Shown here: one piece after another, positions 11,147 through 20,560 of the stretch
How the letters are laid out: each line of letters begins with the position of its first letter
Numbering within the stretch: position 1 is the stretch's first letter
NCBI GenBank assembly: GCA_902512655.1
Contig: CABXJR010000002.1
Coordinates: forward strand, 636-64,635
Direction: 5' to 3'
Length of the DNA stretch: 64,000 nt
Source: an uncultured SAR86 cluster bacterium
GTDB lineage: Bacteria; Pseudomonadota; Gammaproteobacteria; Magnimaribacterales; D2472
The notes under the pieces: generated by a model
Told to the model about the DNA's origin: nothing
What the model saw: only the letters and a program-made list of their open reading frames with translations
The model's database searches: none
Translations under genes and position numbers: made by a program

Positions 11147-11885
11147 TTAAATATTTTTGTTGGTAAATATCGCATCAACTCTGAAGTCAGAAGTAAGATT
11201 TTGTAAAGAAACTTTACCGCCAGCAGCTTTTACAATTGCTGCACCAGCAGCTATATCCCACAAAAAAATTCCATTTTCTGAATATGCGTCTGCTTTTCCG
11301 GAAGCAACATATACTGAAGCCATTGCAGCTGATCCTATCATTCTAATTTTTTTCCAAGCCTGAAAATCAGATATCATCTTTCCAAACTCTTCATCTGAAT
11401 AATTATCTTTTGCTGGTATGCCGGTAACCAGAGTGGCATCACTCTTCTGCTCTGTTGAGGAAACTGAAAGCCTGGAATCATTCAAATAAGCCTTTGACTC
11501 ATGATGCGCAAAATATAAATCATCATTATTAAAATCATAAATTACGCCTAAAATGGGTTCTATATCATTCATTAAAGCAATAGAGACGCAAGAAATTGGT
11601 ATGCTTCTTAAAAAATTTGAAGTTCCATCAAGAGGATCAACTACCCAGTAAAACTTATCAAGCTTTGCGCTGATACCTGACTCCTCAGCCAATATTGGAA
11701 AAGAGCTATTAGCACCTAAGTATTCTGTGATGATTTTTTTCAGCATCAACATCAACTTGTAATTTAATATCTCTTCCTTCGTTGAAAAGAATTTCTAAAT
11801 CTTTGTTTTGTTGATCCTTGATATACTCGCCTGCTAGCAATGCAGCTGATTTAGCAATCTCTAGACAAGAATCTAATTGCTGCAT
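11147..11885 (-). pseudogene. Inositol monophosphatase family (SuhB-like), frameshifted near the N-terminus (probably an assembly indel)
   Basis: WVVDPLDGTSNF, RMIGSAA, WDIAAG. Upstream frame from ATG 11885 reads MQQLDSCLEIAKSAALLAGEYI...DIKLQVDVDAEK and joins the main ORF if one T is removed from the run at 11734-11740. Confidence 0.88.
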
Positions 11886-12996
11886 TTATGATGAGTATGT
11901 AATGCGATAAATTACATTAGCTTTATCATCAGATAAAAGAAAACTGCCATCACTTATAACCAAAGGAGCTGAGGGACGTCCACTCACCTCCCCATCCTTA
12001 AGCCACCCAGAAATAAAGTCACTTGATGAAATTACGTTTTCATTTTTATCTAATTGAACTCGCAGAACTTTGTAGCCAACTTTTTCAGATCGATTCCAAG
12101 ATCCATGTAGGACAATAAATAGATTATTGATCATTTTTACCGGAAACATGTCACCCTCATAAAAACTTACTCCGGTCGGCGCTACATGAGCGCCTAATTC
12201 TAAAAGAGGATCAACAAAATCATAACCAGATTTTTTATTTCCATACTCGGGGTCAGAAACATTAGAAGCATGTTTGTAGGGAAAACCAAAAAACTGCCCA
12301 GCTATTTCAACTTTATTTAATTCGCATGATGGCGAGTCATCTCCGAGCCAATCTCTTCCATTATCAGTAAAAAAAAAGTTTTTTTGTAATTGGATGAAAA
12401 TCAAATCCAACACTATTCCTAACTCCTTTGGCAACATAGGCAAGCTCGCCGTCTTTAAATTTTAAAATTGAAGCATATTGGGGATTATCAGATAAACAAA
12501 TATTACACGGGGCACCTACATTAAAATATAAGCCTCCTTCCTCATCATGTTTTAACCATTTCCAACCATGCCATGTATCCTCAGGTAAATTATCAACAAA
12601 AAGAATTTTTTTAGGCATTTCATTTGATGAATATTGCTTGTTTAAAAATTCTTCTATATCTTCAATCTTCCATATCTTACTTATTTCTGAAAAATATATA
12701 TCGCCATCAAAAAAGCTAATTCCTGTTGAATATGATAAATTTTTTGCAATGATTATTTTGGAGTCTGCCTGTCCATTATTATCCGAATCTTTTAATGCAA
12801 CAATCTGCCCATTTCTCTCTGCTACAAAAATTGTTCCTTCGCTTCCCTCAACCATTTGCCTAGGTGAATCTAGATCCTCAGCAAAAACTGAGATTTGAAA
12901 ACCCTCCTCAATCTGAAGATCCTCAACATCAATTGCAGACAAGTGTGATGGAAAAAAAATAATGATACTGAATATATTTAAAAAAATTTTTTTCAT
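11886..12996 (-). pseudogene. Secreted PQQ-dependent sugar/sorbosone dehydrogenase family beta-propeller, one frameshift (probably an assembly indel)
   Basis: Signal peptide, GFQISVFAEDLDSPRQM, WHGWKWL, GAPCNIC, AKGVRNSVGFDFHP | TDNGRDWLGDDSPSCELN, AHVAPTG, HGSWNRS, GRP, SDD. Break at A9 run 12369-12377; 8 A's restore KKLFFTDNG. Confidence 0.88.
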
Positions 12997-13034
12997 AATT
13001 ACCTGTAAAAATAAAAGTCAGTTAGAATTCATAT

Positions 13035-14471
13035 ATGTTGTTCAGTATAGCAGTCACTCTTTTATTTTTAAGTTTTTTTGCTTCTGTGGTATTTACTGGA
13101 TATTTTAGAAATCTTGCAAGATTAAATAAATTTCTCATTGACATTCCAGATAAAAGTAGAAAATTTCATTTTAGGCCTACACCATTGATAGGCGGCTTAA
13201 GTATTCATGCCTCCATGCTGCTTTCAACTCTATTTATGCTTTTTTTAATTGATTATAAATACGATCTCCAATTTGACCCTTTGTCACTTAGCAACTCAAC
13301 TGAACTGCAAACTTCATCTCAAGTTGGATATTCAAAAAAGCTGACTATAAAAAAAGAAAACACAGAGGGAACAGAAAATTTTAGATTAAATGTTACACAA
13401 CAACCCAGTATCAATAATAAATTGGAAACATATGATGTTAATTTTGGCTCTAGCATAAATGAATCTATTAATATTGCTAAAATCAGTGACGATATTTTTA
13501 ATGTCACTTTACCAAATGGGGAGATAAGAACATATAAAGCAGAAAGCTCAGGAATTGTTGAGATCAATTTATCGGGTGAAGAAATAAGTGATCCATTTAT
13601 AATTGAGGCAGATTCTAATGAATTTTTTTCATTTTCATCATTTACTGCTGCCTTTATTTTAATTGCACTCTTGCTTCAAGCTTTTATTCTAATAGATGAT
13701 GCTTATGGTATTGGCGCTGGCAAAAGATTATTTATTCAGTGTATGGGAACACTATCATTAATTTTTTTAGGAGAAGTCTATATTGAAAACTTGAATGTTT
13801 CATTGCTTGGCATCAATTTAGATCTTGGTTTTTGGGGTATACCATTCACAACTTTTGCTGTTGTGGGTATTATCAATGCCTTTAATATGATTGATGGGAT
13901 AAATGGTTTATGTGCTGGCTTTGCACTAATTGCTCTTGGCGCTCTTCAAGTGGCGTCTGGGTTTGATGTTGCAAATTATTCCTTGGTAATTGCTATGGGT
14001 AGCATAATTGGTTTCCTTTTTTATAACCTTGGTTTTCTTGGTACTAAAAGGAGAGTATTTTTAGGTGACAATGGTTCAACATTCTTAGGTTTTTTTGTTG
14101 CTTGGACATGCATAAATTATTCCCAATCAACAAATGAGCTCATTAAACCAGTTACATGTCTATGGATAGTGGCCATTCCTTTATTAGATTGTCTCGGAGT
14201 CATGACTGGAAGAATTATAAAAGGTATTCTGCCATTTAGCCCAGGCAGAGATCATATTCATCACAAACTACAATTGATGACACAAAGTTCTTCTAGAACT
14301 TTAGTAGGGCTATTAATATTGGGATTATTGCTCGCTGGAGTAGGAGTGATGCTAGAAAAAAGCTATCTTTCATCTGAGATTTCATTCATTCTATTCGTTG
14401 CTTTTGCGGTGATTTACTATATTGCATCAGGCAGAATATTTAACTCACAAGAAAATATTTCAACCTCATAA
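13035..14471 (+). CDS. wecA: WecA/MraY-family (PNPT) undecaprenyl-phosphate HexNAc-1-phosphate transferase with a large soluble insertion
   Basis: DIPDKSRKFH..PTPLIGG, LIDD, INAFNMIDGINGL, VFLGDNGS, PFSPGRDHIHHKL. About 124 hydrophilic residues sit between TM2 and TM3. Confidence 0.85.
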   Translation: MLFSIAVTLLFLSFFASVVFTGYFRNLARLNKFLIDIPDKSRKFHFRPTPLIGGLSIHASMLLSTLFMLFLIDYKYDLQFDPLSLSNSTELQTSSQVGYSKKLTIKKENTEGTENFRLNVTQQPSINNKLETYDVNFGSSINESINIAKISDDIFNVTLPNGEIRTYKAESSGIVEINLSGEEISDPFIIEADSNEFFSFSSFTAAFILIALLLQAFILIDDAYGIGAGKRLFIQCMGTLSLIFLGEVYIENLNVSLLGINLDLGFWGIPFTTFAVVGIINAFNMIDGINGLCAGFALIALGALQVASGFDVANYSLVIAMGSIIGFLFYNLGFLGTKRRVFLGDNGSTFLGFFVAWTCINYSQSTNELIKPVTCLWIVAIPLLDCLGVMTGRIIKGILPFSPGRDHIHHKLQLMTQSSSRTLVGLLILGLLLAGVGVMLEKSYLSSEISFILFVAFAVIYYIASGRIFNSQENISTS

Positions 14472-14484
14472 GAATATTTAATAA

Positions 14485-14904
14485 ATGTTTGAAAACATAT
14501 TTAAAAAAAAATCTGCTTCAAAGCTTATTGAAACTAATGAGGTTGATGTCGTATTAAGACTTATGTTTGAAATCGCGATCAGTGATGGCAGTCTTGATAA
14601 AGCGGAGCTCGAAATAATTAAAAAAAGAGCAAGTGAAGGCGGTCACAAAGATGAAAATGTTTCGAAAACCATCAAGAGAATCATTGACGAAACTCAAAAT
14701 TCAGTTTCGTTTTATCCATCGGTGAAGGAAATTAACGATACTTATTCATTTGAAGAAAAAAAGGAACTGCTTTCGGCCTTATGGAGTCTTATTACAGCTG
14801 ATTCTGTTGTAGATGCATACGAAGAGAATTTATACTTTAAAATAGCTGAGTTAATTAAAATTAAAAGATCTTTAGCCAATCAAATCAAACAAAAAAATTC
14901 TTAG
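14485..14904 (+). CDS. TerB/DjlA-N-like family protein
   Basis: LMFEIAISDGSLDKAE and LWSLITADSVVDAYEENLYFKIAELI repeat the TerB acidic metal motifs. Confidence 0.85.
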   Translation: MFENIFKKKSASKLIETNEVDVVLRLMFEIAISDGSLDKAELEIIKKRASEGGHKDENVSKTIKRIIDETQNSVSFYPSVKEINDTYSFEEKKELLSALWSLITADSVVDAYEENLYFKIAELIKIKRSLANQIKQKNS

Positions 14905-17060
14905 GGCTTATTTATATATATTGGTGATGACCACGCTCTTTCATTCGTCATACTTAAACAATTATCTTCAAGATCTGTTCTAAAGCTTCCTTTGCAAGGT
15001 TGAAATTCATCTCTCTGTGATAATGGCGCTCCATTAATTGCTGGAGTAGCTTCTTGAATTGCCCTTACATAATAAACACTATCTCTAGTGAAATTCCGGT
15101 CCTCAAACTCAACAATGCACTCCCCAGTGCCCTGACATGGAAGTTCTAACCATGGATCTTGAATAAGAGGGCTAATAGTCTCTCCTGCGTATATTTGTGG
15201 TGTAATTTTAATCACTTCAACTCTTTCAATGACACGCCTTTCATTGCTGGGGTTATAACACTCACCAGCACAAAGATAATCCAGCCTTTCAGGGGAAAGT
15301 GAATCGATTGATTCATTTGAGCAGCCTTCTTTTTGCTTGAAACTGCCGGCTGCTTTGATAGCAAATCTAGGATTTTGACTCATTGTAATTTCAGAGCCCA
15401 TTGGGACTTGGCCCTCAGGAGAGTTTATTAAATCAAACCATAATAATATTCTAGGGCCGCTGGTACCATAAACATTTTTATTTTTTAAAGCATTCCAAAT
15501 TTCATCCTTTCCTCTTCCCTCCGCATGCACAGCTAAAATACCGCCAGGATATACGAAACTAGAAACTCTCTCACTATCAGGCTGACTATCCCCTGGGGTA
15601 ATTTTAGGAATTTCAGGAAAATTTGGGTCTTCAGCTGCATACTGATATTCCCACATTTTTGATTTAACGCCAGTAGCAAATGTCATCTTTCGTCTTTCAT
15701 ACTGCTTATATCCTGTTCCTGGTCTTGCAGTATGATCATCTGTTGAAGATATAAATCCAAAATTATATCTTTGGGGGGATTCTTTGAAGTTTTCAAAATT
15801 TGAAATAGCTAAAGCATATTGAGCAGATTGTTTTGGTCTGTAATTAAATGCTGGCTTAAAACAATCAGTGCATTGATCACAACTTAACCATTCTTCAGGC
15901 TTTGCCTCAGGAAATACCATATTGGTGTATGGGCCCCCAGCCAAAGTATATTTTTTAGCAAGCTCCACCCTTGCATCGCATTCATCTTTTGTGAGTCCAT
16001 CGCAACGTTTTTTCTGCATTTCACCTGCTTGCCAGCAGCAGGGTAAGAAATCTTCAGTTGGCTCAGGGCAACTCATTTCACCATTCTGAAGAAAATTTGC
16101 AGATGCAATATCTCTATACTCTTCACTATTTCCATGACCAGACATAATTTCTAAAAGCAGTTGCTTGCTTGGATCATGGCCTTCATCGTTAAGACGATTG
16201 TTCCAAGACGCTCCTAATGGAACATGGAAACCCCATGATTGACCATGAGGAATTACAATGCTGTCTAGATTCCATTCATCTAACTTAGAAAATAAGTCTC
16301 TAGGAGTTTTTGCATATTCATAACAATCAAGCGGAAGATCTGGAGAAGCAATCCCCTCCTCACAATAAGGTATATTTCTTACCTCATTGAGGAGCCATTT
16401 TAAATCTGAGTAGCGCTTAAAATTAAATATATCTAACCATCTTGCGCTTACAGCTTGCTCAGTGGTGTCAAAGACTCCCAATCCTGAATCTGGAGTTCTA
16501 GCGCCAATTGGCCTTGCAGGAAGGTTTTGAATGTCTTTAAAGATTACATTTCGATGGCCCCAATGATTTTCTTTAGTAGTGCCAATTTGAGTCCATTCCC
16601 AACCAGGGAAAACCACTAAATCATTTGTTAATGGATCACTATTTGAGATATTACATTGTTGGATAATCTTTTTTTGCTCACGCCAATGATCTGGAGTTAA
16701 GCCTTCGGCATGATCATTGAAACTAAAAAAATCTAAATTTGCACAATACCTAGCAAAATCGCATGCCATAGAGCTATCATGAGCACCTTGAAGACCCATC
16801 ATTGGCAACTCTAGCGTGAAAGCATCAATAGAATATGTTGTATGAACATGCAAATCTCCAAAAAGAATTTGAGATGTATCACCCGAGTCATCTCCTAACA
16901 AGTTTTCTTTAGTCTGAAAAAATTTTAAATCTTGTTTGTAAATTGCTATTGAAGAGCGAGGAGGACCCTCAATTGTTCCGGGATCAACGTCAGATCCACA
17001 AGCCGATAAGCAAGTTATTACAATTAATGAAAAAAGAAGCCTCTTTTGAATTGGGATCAT
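14901..17060 (-). CDS. DUF3604 (PHP-like metallohydrolase) lipoprotein
   Basis: Lipobox LSAC. FGDLHVHT, FNDHAE, GWEWT, HRNVIF, IPHG, SSTDDHTARPG, YGTSGPRI, YYVRAIQ, ERAWSSPIY. Confidence 0.85.
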   Translation of the reverse strand: MIPIQKRLLFSLIVITCLSACGSDVDPGTIEGPPRSSIAIYKQDLKFFQTKENLLGDDSGDTSQILFGDLHVHTTYSIDAFTLELPMMGLQGAHDSSMACDFARYCANLDFFSFNDHAEGLTPDHWREQKKIIQQCNISNSDPLTNDLVVFPGWEWTQIGTTKENHWGHRNVIFKDIQNLPARPIGARTPDSGLGVFDTTEQAVSARWLDIFNFKRYSDLKWLLNEVRNIPYCEEGIASPDLPLDCYEYAKTPRDLFSKLDEWNLDSIVIPHGQSWGFHVPLGASWNNRLNDEGHDPSKQLLLEIMSGHGNSEEYRDIASANFLQNGEMSCPEPTEDFLPCCWQAGEMQKKRCDGLTKDECDARVELAKKYTLAGGPYTNMVFPEAKPEEWLSCDQCTDCFKPAFNYRPKQSAQYALAISNFENFKESPQRYNFGFISSTDDHTARPGTGYKQYERRKMTFATGVKSKMWEYQYAAEDPNFPEIPKITPGDSQPDSERVSSFVYPGGILAVHAEGRGKDEIWNALKNKNVYGTSGPRILLWFDLINSPEGQVPMGSEITMSQNPRFAIKAAGSFKQKEGCSNESIDSLSPERLDYLCAGECYNPSNERRVIERVEVIKITPQIYAGETISPLIQDPWLELPCQGTGECIVEFEDRNFTRDSVYYVRAIQEATPAINGAPLSQRDEFQPCKGSFRTDLEDNCLSMTNERAWSSPIYINKP

Positions 17061-18904
17061 TAGTAAACAGTTGCTGAACCGTATTCTTCAATTAAATCAG
17101 TTTCAATTTTTTTACGTTCGAAATCCATATCAAATTTTTTACAAGCGCCCCGATTCCATTTCATAAATTCATCCTCGAGATAATCTCCAATATTAAAAAA
17201 CGTTTCTTGAACTAATAAACATTTCTCTAATAATGTTCCCACTGGTGAAAGTCGAACATTTCCAGTGATAAATTCGAGAGACAACATATCTTTGTCTAAA
17301 GATAAATGTTCATCAGAATCTAGTCTTATAAAGGCTCTATCCTTAGAGTTAAATTTTTTCCATTCTTGATTTTTGCCAGTACTTGGAACACCAGTTTTTG
17401 CAAATGATGTCCAAGCCTGCATCATGGTTTCCTTCATTTGATTTCTTAATTCTCCCTTAGGATAAACAAATCGTCCAATTGGACCAAACTTAAAGTCACC
17501 AGTAATAAAAGCGATCTCAAATCCATGAGCTGCTCCAATTAAATTAGGAAAATCTGCAAAGTATGAAGAGGCTTGATCGTCCCAATCAAATCTATATGCA
17601 TATAAAGAACTATAACCAGCTTTTTCTAACTCCATTAATGGCTCATCAACGCCCCTTAACTTCCAGCCCTGTGAACGAGTTTTGACCCAAAGTTTGTATA
17701 AATCCTCTCTTTTAAATTCAATCTTTGGAATAGGTACAAGTTTTGTTAATGGGTAAGATGCATTTACAAAATATCTATTTGATCCTAACCAAAGAGAAAG
17801 CTCGTCCTTGTTTGATCCTGCAATAACCGGAATATTGTTTTTTTCTTTTGAAAAAGCGAGCCCAGCGCTTACTCCATTTATGTGAGTTACTATTCCATCT
17901 CTAGTTAGTAGCGGCAATCGATCATAAGTATCTTTTGAAATTTTTTCATAGGTCTCCAAAAGAGCTTTTCCATCAATGGATCTTAAATAACGCTGATATT
18001 CTTCTCCGTATTTCTGGGGATCTTCATTGAATAGGTTTTTTATTCTTCCATATCCAGAAGAGTCAAAACTGGAGAGCACTGGGTCAGAACCTAATCTATT
18101 CACTATATTGCCTTTTTGATTTAAACCTATTGCCTCTTCCTTTGTAAAACTGGTTGTATAGCCTGATTGAGAGATTGCCTTATGAAAGAGCCCATTCCCC
18201 ATAGGAGAAGCAAGCAAAGAAAATACATTATTTCCTCCAGCTGACTCTCCAAAAATTGTAATGTTATCTGGATCTCCCCCAAAATTTTGAATATTAGTTT
18301 GCACCCATTTTAATGCCTCCATAATATCGAGGGTTCCAAAATTAGAGGTTTTGTCAATTCCATTTTGCAGTCCCTGTATAGCGGGATGAGTAAACCAACC
18401 CATAGGGCCTAAACGATAATTAATTGTTACAACTAGAACCTGATATTCATGAATTAGCTCTGAAAAATCATAGTAATCTTTTACTCCAGAAGTATTGCCA
18501 CCGCCATGTATCCAAAACATCACGGGAAGCCTTCTATTTAAATTATTTACAGGAGCTTTTATATCCAGGTACAAGCAATCTTCTTGCCCTACTATTCCTT
18601 TACCCGTTATTCCAGCATATATACTAGCCTCTTGTAAGCACCCATTTCCTTCTTGAGGCATGATACTTAACTCAGGAGAAATTAAAGGTCTAGGAGCCTT
18701 CCAGCGAAGATTTCCATCTGGGGTAATTGCATATGGGATATCTTCCCAAGTGACGACATTTTTATACAATATTCCTTGTGATATCCCGGATGAGGTAGCA
18801 ATTGTTAATGAGTCACCTTGTTGAATAGGATTCATGCATGATCCTATAGCACAAAGACATAATAGAGTTATTAAGAAGTTCTTATTAGCCAGCCTTTGAT
18901 TCAT
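17060..18904 (-). CDS. Type-B carboxylesterase/lipase, probable lipoprotein
   Basis: IPYA, RWKAP, EDCLYLDI, WIHGGG, NYRLG, FGGDPDNITIFGESAG, NKDE, AAHGFE. N-terminal hydrophobic stretch ends in IGSC. Confidence 0.93.
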   Translation of the reverse strand: MNQRLANKNFLITLLCLCAIGSCMNPIQQGDSLTIATSSGISQGILYKNVVTWEDIPYAITPDGNLRWKAPRPLISPELSIMPQEGNGCLQEASIYAGITGKGIVGQEDCLYLDIKAPVNNLNRRLPVMFWIHGGGNTSGVKDYYDFSELIHEYQVLVVTINYRLGPMGWFTHPAIQGLQNGIDKTSNFGTLDIMEALKWVQTNIQNFGGDPDNITIFGESAGGNNVFSLLASPMGNGLFHKAISQSGYTTSFTKEEAIGLNQKGNIVNRLGSDPVLSSFDSSGYGRIKNLFNEDPQKYGEEYQRYLRSIDGKALLETYEKISKDTYDRLPLLTRDGIVTHINGVSAGLAFSKEKNNIPVIAGSNKDELSLWLGSNRYFVNASYPLTKLVPIPKIEFKREDLYKLWVKTRSQGWKLRGVDEPLMELEKAGYSSLYAYRFDWDDQASSYFADFPNLIGAAHGFEIAFITGDFKFGPIGRFVYPKGELRNQMKETMMQAWTSFAKTGVPSTGKNQEWKKFNSKDRAFIRLDSDEHLSLDKDMLSLEFITGNVRLSPVGTLLEKCLLVQETFFNIGDYLEDEFMKWNRGACKKFDMDFERKKIETDLIEEYGSATVY

Positions 18905-20378
18905 GAAGCAATTTTATCCTTTGTTTATTGTGTATAAGTTTAATTTTAGGGACAGAATTTATAAACGCAATCGATTGATTAACGCCATAAGCATCCCAAT
19001 TTATTAAATCTGAAGAAGGGGAACCAGTTTTTGCAAACTGAGTCCAAGAAACTTGAAAAAAATTTGAAATTTTTTGAGCTTCTTTTGAGCAAAAATCTTT
19101 GAAAGTCTTTTTTACAGCTGAGCCAAAAACATATGGAAGCTCACTTGCATGATAAGCTCCCAATTTACCATCTAAGACTGGGCTTGGCTCATTAAAAAAA
19201 TAACCATAAGCATTGTCTTGATGTTGCTCTAATAATTCCAATGCATGAATTCCAAATGTCCAGTCAGTCATAATATTAGATAATGCATACTTGTAGTCAC
19301 CCTTGACTGAATTCTTGGGTAAATAATTGTTGGCAATTTCGCTAACAGTTTCTGCTCGAAATATTTTATTTAGCCTCTTGTAAAAACGGTCTTTATTTAA
19401 ATTTAGATAATATGGTTCAAACTCAGACCAAAGCCTGTACTCATCTGCAGTTGTTCCCACTATTAACTTTATTGATGAATCTTGAAAATTTTTCATAGGA
19501 TCTATGGGTAAAAAATTGCCGTCTGCAATTGGAGCAAAGCCTACTTCTGGTGAAAGCCATTTTCCATGAGCAATCATCGTATGCTTCATTTTAGAGGCAA
19601 GTGAAGTTACCTGCTTATGATCTAATAACAATAAATCCTTAATTTTTACTCCATTATCATTGGCTGTTTTTAAAAATAACTCGCCCCATTGGTTGCCTCT
19701 ATCTTTGTCAAAATAAGCATTCATCCCTCCGCTTTGACAAATGGCTTTTGAAAATAAATTGCCTGAAGGGCTTATTGAAGATTGCAATGCAACACTCCAA
19801 GCTCCAGCAGATTCTCCAAAAATAGTTATGTTTTCAGGATCACCCCCAAACTCTGCAATGTTTTCTTTCACCCACTCTATTGCAAGCTTTTGATCCATTA
19901 AGCCTTCATTGCCGGTAGATCCAATTTCACCATTTGAGATTTCATCCAACTTCAAGAATCCAAATGGCCCCAAACGATAATTGATTGTGACCAATACAAT
20001 TTCATGTTGAGGAAGTGAATCAAGGTCGTATATGACTGAATTAGAAGAGCCAGTAATGTATGCCCCTCCATGGATCCAAATCATCACTGGCATGTTCCCA
20101 TTTATTTTTTTTGATGCAATGTTTAAAGAAAGGCAATCTATTGATTCATCTGGCATATATGGATCTGTTAAAAAAGACTCTTGATAAATTGTTTGAGGTG
20201 CGCTAAATCCTCTTTGAGTAGCCTCAAAGAATATTTCAGAATCAATTTTTTCAGGAGGCTGCCACTGTGTTTTCTCAGTCAAGGGCTTTGCATAAGGTAT
20301 GCCGTGAAAAAAATTAATATCGTTTCTAACAACGCCAGTAAATTTTCCTGCATTACAACTAACACTAATATTGGACAT
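18885..20378 (-). CDS. Type-B carboxylesterase (cytoplasmic, pNB-esterase-like)
   Basis: GIPYA, DCLSLNI, WIHGGAY, NYRLG, FGGDPENITIFGESAG, TTADE, AYHASEL. No signal peptide. Confidence 0.93.
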   Translation of the reverse strand: MSNISVSCNAGKFTGVVRNDINFFHGIPYAKPLTEKTQWQPPEKIDSEIFFEATQRGFSAPQTIYQESFLTDPYMPDESIDCLSLNIASKKINGNMPVMIWIHGGAYITGSSNSVIYDLDSLPQHEIVLVTINYRLGPFGFLKLDEISNGEIGSTGNEGLMDQKLAIEWVKENIAEFGGDPENITIFGESAGAWSVALQSSISPSGNLFSKAICQSGGMNAYFDKDRGNQWGELFLKTANDNGVKIKDLLLLDHKQVTSLASKMKHTMIAHGKWLSPEVGFAPIADGNFLPIDPMKNFQDSSIKLIVGTTADEYRLWSEFEPYYLNLNKDRFYKRLNKIFRAETVSEIANNYLPKNSVKGDYKYALSNIMTDWTFGIHALELLEQHQDNAYGYFFNEPSPVLDGKLGAYHASELPYVFGSAVKKTFKDFCSKEAQKISNFFQVSWTQFAKTGSPSSDLINWDAYGVNQSIAFINSVPKIKLIHNKQRIKLLHESKAG

Positions 20379-20455
20379 TGAACAATTATAAATGTATTAA
20401 ACGAAGAATTAATAAGTGAATGTTATTAGACATAAATTCACATAAAAAATATAGA

Positions 20456-20473
20456 TTACGATATAAATCGTAA
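20456..20473. promoter_or_regulatory. Palindromic operator candidate between the divergent esterase operon and the monooxygenase
   Basis: Perfect TTACGAT-ATAA-ATCGTAA inverted repeat near the middle of the 182-bp divergent intergenic region. Confidence 0.5.
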
Positions 20474-20560
20474 AAATTATATTAAAAAATATGAATTATT
20501 ATGTTGAATCAATGAACTATTAATGGAATCATTATAATTCGTCAAATTTTGAGGTGAAAA

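Noticed and set aside
14485-14904. TerB as part of a tellurite-resistance or anti-phage operon
   Set aside because: Solitary gene with no other ter or defence genes nearby.
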